A stretch of 62,101 bases of DNA, counting the filler. It is 3 parts of 3 records of this genome, joined end to end, with 100 filler letters (N's around TTAATTAATTAA, not from the genome) between each part and the next. Parts side by side here need not be neighbours in the genome. Positions count along the whole stretch, not along the records: positions 1 to 26,597 come from SRR22947727_1469; 2 more parts are not named here. One strand, written 5' to 3'. Positions 1 to 9,887 of this stretch are shown here, one piece after another. A model generated the notes under the pieces. The model made no database searches. It saw nothing but the letters and a program-made list of their open reading frames with translations, and was not told the origin of the DNA. Every line of letters begins with the position of its first letter. Position 1 is the first letter of the stretch. The translations under genes and the position numbers were made by a program.

Positions 1-36
1 GCTCATGCACCTCAGCTCATGCACCTCAGCCCATGC
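1..36. repeat. 14-bp tandem repeat (GCTCATGCACCTCA x2 plus partial copy) at contig start
   Basis: Read directly from the sequence. Confidence 0.7.
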
Positions 37-238
37 GTTCGCCCAGTCCCCGGTCAGTGTAAAATAAGGGAGGCGGCACGGAATGCCGTGCAGCCTCTCT
101 GCTTCAGGGCTATCAGCCTGCCAACCTGCTCAGACTCATTGGCTACGCCCGCCTCAAACCTTAACACTCACCCCCTAAGTCCCTCAGAGCCAAATCAGTG
201 TTAGTCCTGCTAGGCGCCCTAGTGGGCGCACAAAGGGC

Positions 239-272
239 AAAAAAAAGACCCATTGAGTCTCCTCAATGGGCC
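239..272 (-). terminator. Rho-independent terminator of the TonB-dependent receptor gene
   Basis: Minus strand reads GGCCCATTGAG-GAGA-CTCAATGGGTC followed by T8, about 20 nt after the stop codon. Confidence 0.85.
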
Positions 273-293
273 AGTGGTGACATACCTGTTGTG

Positions 294-2771
294 CTAGAAA
301 TTCACTAACAACTCCACCCCGTAGGTGCGGCCTTTAGATTGCTGACCGTAGGTGATGAGGGTACTGGTCGTTCGGCTCACCCAGTTGGTGTTGTCTTCAA
401 TATTGTTCACAAAGGCCGCAATTTTATAGTTGCCGCGATCGTATGCAATCGACAAGTTTGTTTTCCCATAGGACTCCACCAAAGACACTGGATCATTGTC
501 CTCTTGCGTGTAGAAATCATCTGTCCATGAGTAAGTCAGATCGGTCAAAATCAAACCCCCAAAAGCTTCAGCGGTGTAATTAGCCGTGACACCTACCGTC
601 AAATCTGGCGCCTGCTTCGGCTTGAGATAGCTGTTGTCGACAGGGTTACCACCTTGGGTCGAAGAGAGGTCAGCGTCAAAAGACTTGTACTCCGCATCGA
701 GGATCCCGATCGCACCACTTAATGTGAAACCGTCAGTGATGCGAGCTTGGCCCTCAATCTCAAAGCCCTGATACTCGACCTCGCCCACATTAAACGGTAC
801 CGAGACAGCCGTGCCGTCGTCGGCTGGCAACGTGGTAATAGCCTGCAATTTTTCAACATTACTGCTGAAGGCGGCCACGTTTAAACGCACCCGGTTATTC
901 AAGAACTCCATTTTTGCGCCCAACTCTAAGCTCTCAATCTCTTCAGGGTCATAGGTGATCGCGTAATCGACCAGACGCTGGTTCTTGCCGTAAAAACCGC
1001 CGCTGTGGAAGCCAGTGGCATAAGAACCATAGACCATCACGTCTTCGCTAAGTCGATAAGACAAGCCTGCTTTACCGGTTGTTTTACTCCAGCTTTCATC
1101 CCAGCTGCCCGTCTTTTCATCGTCGGCGTACTGTGCGCCGTGAACACACTCGCCCCAGTTTTGGAGGTCACGGTCAGCGTCAGCCTTGATACAAAATTGC
1201 CGAGCGAAGAAATCTTTCTCGTCCTTCGAATAGCGTAAGCCCAAGGAGATTTCGAGCCGCTCAGTAATATCGTAGTCGAACTGCCCAAATACGGCCTGGC
1301 TTTTCGCTTCCTGAGATTGGTAAATATTTTGACCAAAATCATTACCCAGTCGGTCAACCTGCTCTGGTGTGGCGCCGTAGAGTGCAACCAGCAGCTCCGG
1401 CGTTCTCACGATTTCCCAAAAATCGTAGGTAAACCAATCCTGCGAGTAGGAGTTCTCCATCTGATAAACACCGACGACCAAATCGAAGTTGTCGCCCGAG
1501 GTCGCCCATCGCAACTCATGGCTCTCTTGGTCATTCTCATTTCGGTTATCGACCGTAATGAAGTCACAACGACTGCCTGAATAAGGCCATATGGCGAGCT
1601 CTTCTGTGTCACGGTACCCGTAAATATAGGTTGCCGTAGAGCCGTTACTGAACTCGTAGTCCATCTGCAAAGTAATGGCGTCAGTTTCCATGTCGCCTAG
1701 GTTCTCTTTCGAGGCACTGGTGGTTGTCGCAGTCGACCCAGGATCATTTTCCAGCAGACAATCTTCGCCACGAACATCGGGATAAGACGCATTATCGTTG
1801 TAGGCCTGTATCCGCCAGTCTGTCGCAGCGGGCCCCTCTAGCGCGGTAAGCGCCACGATCGCCGGCGAATATGGCTCCCAGCCACCGGAGTAACCATCTT
1901 GGAGTGCAATAGCGCGATTACCACCCAAACCCGTGAGGTTTCGGAAAGCACCGTTGTCACTCTGGTCATCAATTGTTTCAATCGTCAGCTTCGCCGTGAA
2001 GTTATCAGTCGGCGTCCACAAGAACTTAGCGCCGTAATTGAGATAATCCTGCTTCGCAACATCTTTATTTAACGTGACGTTATTAATGTAACCGTCATCT
2101 TGCAAGCTCGCCCCAAAAAGCTTCACCGCCAGCACGTCTTCCACGATCGGAAAGTTGAGGATCGCCTTCACATCCGTACGTCCAAAATTACCCAACGTGC
2201 CAGAAATGGAGCCGCCGAGCTCGCCTGTAGGATCGGTTCGAGTCAATGAAATCACGCCGGCAATTGTATTCTTGCCGAATAAGGTGCCCTGTGGGCCCCG
2301 CATCACTTCGATCGATTCGATATCAAAATTATCAATCAAAGCTCCCGAGTTGGTCGTGAGTGCAATGCCGTCATAAACAACGCCAACAGCCGGATCAAAA
2401 CTTTTTTCATCGTTGCTGTAACCAATTCCCCTAATGGAAATGGCGTGGCCGGCCGTACGACCCATAGACTGGCGAACCTGCACGTTAGGCGCCAATCCTT
2501 CAATATGTCTGAGGTTTCTAATCGCAGGATTGTCTAGCTGAGTAGTAATGGAAGTCACCGCAATGGGCACATCCTGAATCGACTCTTGGCGTTTTCTGGA
2601 GGTCACAATGACTTCCTCAATAGCCAAGGCGCTCTCGCCTTCCTCTTGTGCCGCTGCATATTGAGAGCCCGTCGCTGCCAATACCAGCCCGCACATGAGC
2701 GTGAGCTTTTTTTGAAGATGTTTTGCAGAACCCTCGAACTTGGGAAAACCCGATCCATATTGACGCTCCAA
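294..2771 (-). CDS. TonB-dependent receptor
   Basis: 825 aa with signal peptide, EEVIVTSRKR TonB-box region, plug motif IEVMRGPQGTLFGKNT and C-terminal Phe. The TTG start is uncertain. Confidence 0.95.
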   Translation of the reverse strand: MERQYGSGFPKFEGSAKHLQKKLTLMCGLVLAATGSQYAAAQEEGESALAIEEVIVTSRKRQESIQDVPIAVTSITTQLDNPAIRNLRHIEGLAPNVQVRQSMGRTAGHAISIRGIGYSNDEKSFDPAVGVVYDGIALTTNSGALIDNFDIESIEVMRGPQGTLFGKNTIAGVISLTRTDPTGELGGSISGTLGNFGRTDVKAILNFPIVEDVLAVKLFGASLQDDGYINNVTLNKDVAKQDYLNYGAKFLWTPTDNFTAKLTIETIDDQSDNGAFRNLTGLGGNRAIALQDGYSGGWEPYSPAIVALTALEGPAATDWRIQAYNDNASYPDVRGEDCLLENDPGSTATTTSASKENLGDMETDAITLQMDYEFSNGSTATYIYGYRDTEELAIWPYSGSRCDFITVDNRNENDQESHELRWATSGDNFDLVVGVYQMENSYSQDWFTYDFWEIVRTPELLVALYGATPEQVDRLGNDFGQNIYQSQEAKSQAVFGQFDYDITERLEISLGLRYSKDEKDFFARQFCIKADADRDLQNWGECVHGAQYADDEKTGSWDESWSKTTGKAGLSYRLSEDVMVYGSYATGFHSGGFYGKNQRLVDYAITYDPEEIESLELGAKMEFLNNRVRLNVAAFSSNVEKLQAITTLPADDGTAVSVPFNVGEVEYQGFEIEGQARITDGFTLSGAIGILDAEYKSFDADLSSTQGGNPVDNSYLKPKQAPDLTVGVTANYTAEAFGGLILTDLTYSWTDDFYTQEDNDPVSLVESYGKTNLSIAYDRGNYKIAAFVNNIEDNTNWVSRTTSTLITYGQQSKGRTYGVELLVNF

Positions 2772-2806
2772 TAATTTATTTTTGTACTACGACAATCAGT
2801 ACATGG

Positions 2807-2826
2807 GCTGAGCTGAGCTGAGCTGA
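2807..2826. repeat. (GCTGA)4 simple sequence repeat in a divergent promoter region
   Basis: Direct read; 35 nt upstream of the receptor start. Confidence 0.8.
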
Positions 2827-3071
2827 GTCAATTTGTAAATTTTTAAAGATCGTCAAAAAATAGGTTTGAATCGGGACCGACAGGTGCGTAGCTTGGTTAG
2901 CGCAAAGCCGCATTACTACAGTCTTTTGCTCTCTTCGGTGCGCTCGCTGATATGCTGTTACCGTCGGGAAGTTTTCGGCAAAAAAGCGGGTCGACATTAG
3001 GCAAACTGGTCACTCATCGTGTGCTGACACATTCAAGAACCGTCACACAGATTGCATCGCTAGGAGACGTC

Positions 3072-3911
3072 ATGACACAACAACGCCTGCAAGGAAAAGT
3101 AGCTGTTATCACCGGTGCAGCAAGTGGCATTGGGGCCGCGACCGCTCGTCGATTTAAGGAAGAAGGCTGTGCCTTGATTCTCGGTGATATCCAATCGGAT
3201 CTGGGTCATGACCTCGCCAACACACTCGGCGATCGCGTTTTTTTTGAGCACTGCAACGTCACCCTCGAAGCCGACGTTAAAAAACTGGTCGATCGTGCCC
3301 TGTCAGCGTTTGGTCAACTAGACATCATGTTCAACAACGCAGGTATCGTCGGTGCCAAAGGCCCCATTGATCAGACTCCCGCCGATGAGTGGCGCATTAC
3401 TACCGACATTCTCATTAATGGCGTTTTTTACGGCGTAAAGCATGCGGCCGCTGTCATGAAGCAACAGCGCTCGGGCTCGATTATTAACATGTCTAGCGTC
3501 GCTGGGGTCATGGGCGGGCTCGGACCTCATGCCTACACCACAGCAAAGCATGCCGTCATTGGGCTGACCACCAGTGCCAGCGCTGAGCTGTGCCAACACA
3601 ATGTGAGGGTCAATGCCATCGCCCCCTTCTCAATGGCAACACCGATGGTGGCCGATGCCCATCTGCAGAATCACCATGCGACAGATGAGGTCGCCAAAAC
3701 ACTGGCGGCTAATTCACCATTGCCGGGACGTGCCGGCACCGCGCTCGACGTGGCTAACGCAGCGCTTTGGTTGGGTAGCGACGAATCCGGCTACACCAGC
3801 GGCCTCACTCTGACCACCGACGCAGGGGTTACCACGGGGTCCATAGTGAGACGGCCCAACTACGACGAGTATGTGCCGATGCAAAAAGAAGCGGGGAATC
3901 GAGGGGTGTAG
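3072..3911 (+). CDS. Short-chain dehydrogenase/reductase (classical SDR)
   Basis: TGAASGIG, NNAG and YTTAK motifs; SD AGGAGA before the ATG at 3072. Confidence 0.93.
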   Translation: MTQQRLQGKVAVITGAASGIGAATARRFKEEGCALILGDIQSDLGHDLANTLGDRVFFEHCNVTLEADVKKLVDRALSAFGQLDIMFNNAGIVGAKGPIDQTPADEWRITTDILINGVFYGVKHAAAVMKQQRSGSIINMSSVAGVMGGLGPHAYTTAKHAVIGLTTSASAELCQHNVRVNAIAPFSMATPMVADAHLQNHHATDEVAKTLAANSPLPGRAGTALDVANAALWLGSDESGYTSGLTLTTDAGVTTGSIVRRPNYDEYVPMQKEAGNRGV

Positions 3912-3992
3912 TGCAAGCCTTGGCCTCTATACCCCTAAGCCATCGCGGTGACACCCTGTTGATTGATCAGCACCCCAAGAGACAATGAAATT

Positions 3993-5633
3993 ATGGATTT
4001 AAGTCACGTTAACAGCCCGTCTCAATCACCCCCGAACTTTCATATCGGTCCCTATAGGATCGGTGGGCCCTACGCAAAATACATCCTCTTTTTACTGATC
4101 CTTGTTTACGCAATGAACCTATTAGATCGCCAAATCCTCGCCATTCTCGCTGGCGAGATTCAGGCAGACCTTGGCATCAGTGACTCTCAAATGGGGTTTT
4201 TATACGGTACGTCATTTGCCGTTTTTTACGCTATCTTTGGCCTGCCGCTTGGACGCCTAGCAGATCTGTGGGTCCGCAAAACTCTCATCGCCTGCGGCCT
4301 TTTTACCTGGAGCCTCATGACGATGCTATGCGGGATGGCGGGCGGTGCTGCCAGTCTCACTTTCTTTCGGTTTGGGGTCGGTATTGGTGAAGCCACCGCG
4401 ACACCCTCGGCCTACTCCCTTTTGTCTGATTGGTTCGAACCCAAAGACAGGGCCTCGGTTATCGCCATTTACTCGACCGGTGCTTATATCGGCATGGGGT
4501 TGAGTATGTTTATCGGCGGCTGGATCGTCGACTGGTGGAACTTAAGCTATCCCGATATTGCCAACGCGCCCCTCGGACTCAAAGGATGGCAGGTCACGTT
4601 TATCATCGTCGGCGCTCCCGGCATATTGCTTGCCGCTTTGTTCAGAACGCTAAAGGAGCCCGTGCGCGGCTACAGCGAAAATGTCGCCAGTATTCAAAAC
4701 CACCCCCATCCCTTCAGAGAGGGTTGGAGCGAGTTCGCCAGCATTCTCCCTCCTTTCTCCGTCATTAGCCTGTATCGCCAGGTGGGCTTTACGGCGCCCT
4801 TAATTACCAACATTGCTGCAGCGCTCATTATTGTCGCGCTGGGGAGCCTGATCAGCCACCTCACTGGTCGCGTCACGCAGTGGGTAGTGCTCGGTGTCGG
4901 TGTCTATGCGCTTTTCAGTTGGGCAAAATCTCTAGCCGTGAGAGATCCTGTGACCTATGCGATGATCTTTCGCTGTAAGTCGATGATCTACGTCAACCTC
5001 GCCTACCCCATTATTACCTTCATCACCTACGGATTTGCGCTGTGGCTTGCTCAGTACTTGCTGCGTAAATTTGATGCCGACTTATCAGAGCTCGGCATGG
5101 TTCTTGGACTCTCTACTGCAATCTGCGGTGGCGTGGGTGTGGCCACTGGCGGGGTGGTAGCCGATCTGATGAAGCGTCATATCCGCGAGGATGCCCACAC
5201 GTTCATGGGCCTCATCTCGGGCATCCTTACGATCATTGCTGCGCTGTTTGTGCTCAACGCAGAAACCCTTCAAGAGGCTTATGTTGCCAACGCGTTTCTG
5301 CAGTTTGTCAGTGTGCTGTGGACTGGCGCCGCTGGCGGCATTATCACCACCCTTGTGCTCCCCAGAATGCGCGCCACCGCTTCTGCCTTTTATCTGGCAA
5401 TGGGCACGTTTTTAGGGCTCGCGATGGGTCCCTTCACCATCGGCTACCTCAGCGACACGTTTCAAGCATCGGGCAATACGCCCTCTGATTCACTGGGTCT
5501 GAGTTTGAAGCTGGCATTACTGGTCTACTTGATCGTAGCTATATTTACTGTCCTGCTGTTTCGGCATTATCGACAGGACTTTAATACACGAGAAGCCCGC
5601 GCCATCGCAGCAGGCGAGCCCAGTCACCCCTAA
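3993..5633 (+). CDS. MFS transporter (spinster-like)
   Basis: NLLDRQIL, GRLADLWVRK (motif A), RFGVGIGEA; many transmembrane helices. Confidence 0.92.
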   Translation: MDLSHVNSPSQSPPNFHIGPYRIGGPYAKYILFLLILVYAMNLLDRQILAILAGEIQADLGISDSQMGFLYGTSFAVFYAIFGLPLGRLADLWVRKTLIACGLFTWSLMTMLCGMAGGAASLTFFRFGVGIGEATATPSAYSLLSDWFEPKDRASVIAIYSTGAYIGMGLSMFIGGWIVDWWNLSYPDIANAPLGLKGWQVTFIIVGAPGILLAALFRTLKEPVRGYSENVASIQNHPHPFREGWSEFASILPPFSVISLYRQVGFTAPLITNIAAALIIVALGSLISHLTGRVTQWVVLGVGVYALFSWAKSLAVRDPVTYAMIFRCKSMIYVNLAYPIITFITYGFALWLAQYLLRKFDADLSELGMVLGLSTAICGGVGVATGGVVADLMKRHIREDAHTFMGLISGILTIIAALFVLNAETLQEAYVANAFLQFVSVLWTGAAGGIITTLVLPRMRATASAFYLAMGTFLGLAMGPFTIGYLSDTFQASGNTPSDSLGLSLKLALLVYLIVAIFTVLLFRHYRQDFNTREARAIAAGEPSHP

Positions 5634-5879
5634 AACAGACCACAGACCGGTCGCTTGGCAGAGCATGTATCCACGCCGCGCGTGGGCGGTTGGCTTATTC
5701 TCAAATTATGAGATCATATGGGTCTCGGTTCTCACAGCGCACAACAGGAGCCCGTTTGAGTGAGCGGATTGCTACTACAGCAAACCAGCCAAGAATCGGC
5801 GACCCCATTGCCAATGCACGCAATGGGCGCTCGAAAAGGGTCAGTTTCGTCTCAACAAGAGGGTTGGCTTACAGTAACG

Positions 5880-6494
5880 ATGCAGCTATACAAACCGAAC
5901 AAACCCAAGGGCACGAAACGCAGAGACAGCATCATCAGTGGTTTCTTGTCCTCACTGGAAAAAAACGGGTTTTCGAAGACCTCGATGACCGGCATCGCGC
6001 AAGAAGCCGATATTGCGCCCAGCCATGTCTTTTACTATTTTAATTCTAAAGAAGACCTTCTGACTGAGGTGTTCAAGCACCAGTGCGATGTCATTGTTGA
6101 AGGCATGGCGGCACTGAAGCAGCACGACTTTGCCGCAAAAATAAATTACCTCTGCGACTTTTTCTACACCGAAAACAAATCCGTCAACCACCTCTCTACT
6201 GGTGTGATGTATGAAGCCATTGGGGCTTCGGTGACCGACCCCAGTCTCGCTGCGCACAAAAGCGAACTAGACCGATGCTGCATCGAGCTACTCAGCGTCG
6301 TTTTTTCTCACGATCAGATCGGTGAGGACGCCTGTATGGAAAGGGCCGAGATCTTGTACGCGGTGATCGCAGGGTCGAAGCTCAATGGGTTTTTTAGACC
6401 CGATGTCGACTTAGCCCACGGCAAGGATCTTTTCATTAAAACGGCTTATTTATTGGCCCATAACGACAAAACTGATCATCCAACCTCTGACTAG
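5880..6494 (+). CDS. TetR/AcrR family transcriptional regulator
   Basis: N-terminal HTH GFSKTSMTGIAQEADIAPSHVFYYFNSKEDL; start chosen at ATG 5880. Confidence 0.9.
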   Translation: MQLYKPNKPKGTKRRDSIISGFLSSLEKNGFSKTSMTGIAQEADIAPSHVFYYFNSKEDLLTEVFKHQCDVIVEGMAALKQHDFAAKINYLCDFFYTENKSVNHLSTGVMYEAIGASVTDPSLAAHKSELDRCCIELLSVVFSHDQIGEDACMERAEILYAVIAGSKLNGFFRPDVDLAHGKDLFIKTAYLLAHNDKTDHPTSD

Positions 6495-6560
6495 GTGATA
6501 GCGCAGCGCCCTGCGCCTTGATACCACCAGTGGATCAGACCGTAATCGAAGGAGTCGGCT

Positions 6561-7061
6561 ATCACTCGCTATATTGTCATCTCAGACGGGCCAGCCCAGC
6601 CCGACCCGAGCGCACTCGACGCTTGCTGGGAGCAGGTGCTCAACGCTCATCCAGAATTGGCGGGTGATTATCAGGTTCGCTCCCTCGGTATCGATGCCGA
6701 TACGACAGAGCAAATATTTGGCTTCATTAAGTCACGCGAAAAGGTAGCTACTTTCAGTTTGCCTTGGGTGCTTGAGGCCAATCAGTTTCCCCACCCGAAA
6801 GTCGGCATGCCCATCTTGCTTTGCGACTATGACGGCAAGCCCCGCCTCGTAGTCAAACTGACCGATATTCGCAGCATCACTTTTGGTGAGATGGGGATCA
6901 ATGAGTCGTCTCTGGATGGCCCTCCCGTGCAAGACCCTGACATCTGGATCCCGCTCCATCGAACGTATTGGAATGGACTGCTCTCCAAGTACGATCGTGA
7001 GTGCACCGACGACATGCCGGTACTCGTTGAGCCGTTTGATTACATCGGCGAATTCACCTGA
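6561..7061 (+). CDS. ASCH domain protein (start ATC 6561 or GTG 6636)
   Basis: KVATFSL, ILLCDYDGKPRLVV and W...HRTYW...MPVLVEPF pattern typical of ASCH; stop overlaps the next ATG. Confidence 0.8.
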   Translation: MTRYIVISDGPAQPDPSALDACWEQVLNAHPELAGDYQVRSLGIDADTTEQIFGFIKSREKVATFSLPWVLEANQFPHPKVGMPILLCDYDGKPRLVVKLTDIRSITFGEMGINESSLDGPPVQDPDIWIPLHRTYWNGLLSKYDRECTDDMPVLVEPFDYIGEFT

Positions 7062-8404
7062 TGACTGCGCTCTCCCGCAGCCCCTATGTGATCATTGGTG
7101 CCGGGATTCATGGGCTCAGCACCGCTTACCACCTCGCGATACAACTGAAAGCGACTGGCAGAGGCACCGGTCGGGATATCATTGTCCTCGAGAAGTCGGG
7201 TATCTGCGCCGGCGCAACGGGCATCGCCTGTGGCGTGATCCGCAACAACTACTTTCAGCCGGCCATGCGCGAGCTGATGGCGCACTCGGTGAACATTTGG
7301 GAGAGCGACCTAGAGACCTACAGCTATCACCCCGTGGGCTATATGCAAATCAGCTGCGAGTCGATGCACGAGGACGTGGCAGCCATCCATGCACAACAAC
7401 AGGCGATTGGCTACGAATCCGTTTTTATTGAGGGTGTCGCTGACAGCGAGCGGTACATGAAGGGCCTGTTTTCCGATTGGCGCGCCCAGGGTATTACCTC
7501 CGTACTCCACGAGAAGCCTGGTGGCTACGCCAACAACAGCCTTGCGATGCAGGGCCTTGCGGCCAAAGCCGAGGCGCTCGGGGTCCGCATCATCAGCGGC
7601 ATCACCGTGACTGCGCTCGAAGGCGACAACAGCGGCGCAATCGTCGCAGTCGTCACCGATCAAGGACGCATCGAGTGTGACTATACCGTCGTAGCAGCAG
7701 GCCCCTGGGTCCGCAGCTTCTGGGAAATGCTGGAACTGCCAATGGAAATCAGTATCCGCAACGGCGCAACTGACGAGGTCAGCGAGGGCATCCCAATGTG
7801 GATTTACTGGTCACTTCAGGAGGGCACGCTAGGCATTGATCCCACGCTGCAGGTCACCAATGAAGGCAACATGCCGCCCGTTATTCATGTGGATACCGAT
7901 GCACCCCTGCACTCAGATCAAGACGGCCGGCTACTGACGGACACGATGTGGGGCATCTACTACAAGCCAGACTTTCACTTTGGCGGCGTCCAGGGCGGGG
8001 CGGCCCCTTTTATCGTCGACAAGCCGGCGGGCGAGGTGGCGGTGGACCCGTACGGCCCGGATTCACCAGAATTCGTGGTGGGACCCGAATTTGCCGAGAT
8101 GTGGGTATCGGCCCTCGCGCATTGCCAGCAGCGCTTCTCCGGCACCCTGCCCCGCTTTAAACGAGAACCCTCGGGAGGTATTGGTGCATTTACACCCGAC
8201 AGCTTCCCCGTTTTCGATGCCATGAGAGAGAACTGTTTTGTCATTGCAGATTCTAATCACGGCTACAAAATGATTGGCGTGGGCGATCTCGTCGCGCAAA
8301 CCATCTGCGGTAGTAAACCGGATTTGCTCAACCCCTTTCGCCTCTCTCGCTACGCCGAGGGTGATCTTCATCCGGTATCGAATAGCCCCTTCCCCTGGAG
8401 CTAG
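7061..8404 (+). CDS. FAD-dependent oxidoreductase, DAO/sarcosine-oxidase-beta-like family
   Basis: IIGAGIHGLSTAYHL FAD motif, VVAAGPW, TPDSFPV, HGYKM. Confidence 0.88.
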   Translation: MTALSRSPYVIIGAGIHGLSTAYHLAIQLKATGRGTGRDIIVLEKSGICAGATGIACGVIRNNYFQPAMRELMAHSVNIWESDLETYSYHPVGYMQISCESMHEDVAAIHAQQQAIGYESVFIEGVADSERYMKGLFSDWRAQGITSVLHEKPGGYANNSLAMQGLAAKAEALGVRIISGITVTALEGDNSGAIVAVVTDQGRIECDYTVVAAGPWVRSFWEMLELPMEISIRNGATDEVSEGIPMWIYWSLQEGTLGIDPTLQVTNEGNMPPVIHVDTDAPLHSDQDGRLLTDTMWGIYYKPDFHFGGVQGGAAPFIVDKPAGEVAVDPYGPDSPEFVVGPEFAEMWVSALAHCQQRFSGTLPRFKREPSGGIGAFTPDSFPVFDAMRENCFVIADSNHGYKMIGVGDLVAQTICGSKPDLLNPFRLSRYAEGDLHPVSNSPFPWS

Positions 8405-8536
8405 TGGATTGCTTTACCGCGACTTAATGACTATGTGGTTAAACCACTGTCGCGCCATTGCGAGCAAGCAAAAAAGGCATTTTCCCCGCCTCCATAGAGG
8501 CGTAGAATCATGACACCAGCCCGCAAGGTGTGACCG

Positions 8537-9742
8537 ATGACACCAACTGACACACTTGCCACCACCGCTTCAGTCAGCCCCCACGGCTTAGCAGACCCTG
8601 CTATCACGCAACGCGCTGCGCTGCCCAATCGCGCTTATACCGACCACAAGGAGTGGCTGCGCGAACGCAGTGGGGTCATGGCAACAACGTGGGCGGGGCT
8701 GGGATTTAGCGCCGATATCGCCGCCCCTGGCGCCGTCTTTCCGGTCGTCTTTATGGGGCTACCGTTACTCATGGTGCGCGACCAACAGGGTCACGCGCAT
8801 GTGTTTCACAACGTGTGCCGTCACCGCGGCATGCAGCTGGTGGCCGAGGCTGGCGAAGCGGGATTGATGATTCGCTGCCCCTATCACAAGTGGGGCTATG
8901 ATCTGACTGGTCAGCTCAGGGCAACTCCTAATATCGGTGGCATGGGCGTGCACGAAATTGCCGGATTCAACTGCGCTGACCACGCCTTATCCGCGGTGCG
9001 CTGTGAAGAGTCGATGGGGATCGTGTTTATTAATCTTTCTGGGGAGGCACCTTCGCTAGCGGAACATTTAGCGCCTCTTGTGTCGCGTTGGCGTGAACTC
9101 GCTGGCGACAACTTTGCGCAGCAACTGACCGCCGACTCAGGCGAGTACGGCTCAATGGAGCTGGTGCTCCGCAGCAACTATAAGCTGGCGGTCGAGAACT
9201 ACTGTGAGTCTTACCACCTACCCTCCGTCCATCCAGATCTCAATACCTACTCACCTCTCGATGCACACTACAATTTGGTGGTGGAGCCGCTGGCATCCGG
9301 TCAGGGTACGCGGGTCTATGATCTGACACGCGGAGACAATCAATCGCTGCCCCTCTTTTCAGGCTGGGACAGCGAACGGCTGAAAACCGCCGAGTACCTG
9401 TCGCTCTACCCCAATGTGCTTTTAGGCATTCAAGCCGACCACTTTTTTGTCATCCTGCTCACACCAGTGGCGGCCGACCAGACCCGCGAACGGCTGCAGT
9501 TTTTTTACGCTGACCAACAGGCTCTCACTGACGATTTCAGCATGCGCCGTCAAAGCCTTCACGAGGCTTGGAGTTTGGTATTTGCAGAGGACATATCGGT
9601 CGTGGAGGGCATGCAAAAAGGTCGCGCCTCTCCAGCTTTCGATGGCGGGTTGTTCACGCCACTAATGGATATCCCAACACATCACTTTCATCAATGGCTG
9701 CAACAGGGCGTGACCGCCCATCAGGGCCCTCGGTCGAAATAG
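8537..9742 (+). CDS. Rieske non-heme iron oxygenase alpha subunit (choline monooxygenase/betaine demethylase-like)
   Basis: CRH...CPYH Rieske motif; ENYCESYHLPSVHP and AED mononuclear Fe ligands. Confidence 0.92.
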   Translation: MTPTDTLATTASVSPHGLADPAITQRAALPNRAYTDHKEWLRERSGVMATTWAGLGFSADIAAPGAVFPVVFMGLPLLMVRDQQGHAHVFHNVCRHRGMQLVAEAGEAGLMIRCPYHKWGYDLTGQLRATPNIGGMGVHEIAGFNCADHALSAVRCEESMGIVFINLSGEAPSLAEHLAPLVSRWRELAGDNFAQQLTADSGEYGSMELVLRSNYKLAVENYCESYHLPSVHPDLNTYSPLDAHYNLVVEPLASGQGTRVYDLTRGDNQSLPLFSGWDSERLKTAEYLSLYPNVLLGIQADHFFVILLTPVAADQTRERLQFFYADQQALTDDFSMRRQSLHEAWSLVFAEDISVVEGMQKGRASPAFDGGLFTPLMDIPTHHFHQWLQQGVTAHQGPRSK

Positions 9743-9887
9743 ACACGCTCGATGTATTGGCTTGACCCTATACCCTGCAACTACCCCGCAGCGCGCACCG
9801 CTTGTTTCTGCGCAGACTGTGCCCAAGCACGCTGAAAACAGCGTGCTCTATCGGTTCAAGGCGCTACACATCACAAGGCCGCGAGGG

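Noticed and set aside
7061-8404. Heterotetrameric sarcosine oxidase soxB
   Set aside because: There are no soxD/A/G neighbours and the C-terminus differs, so only a family-level call is kept.
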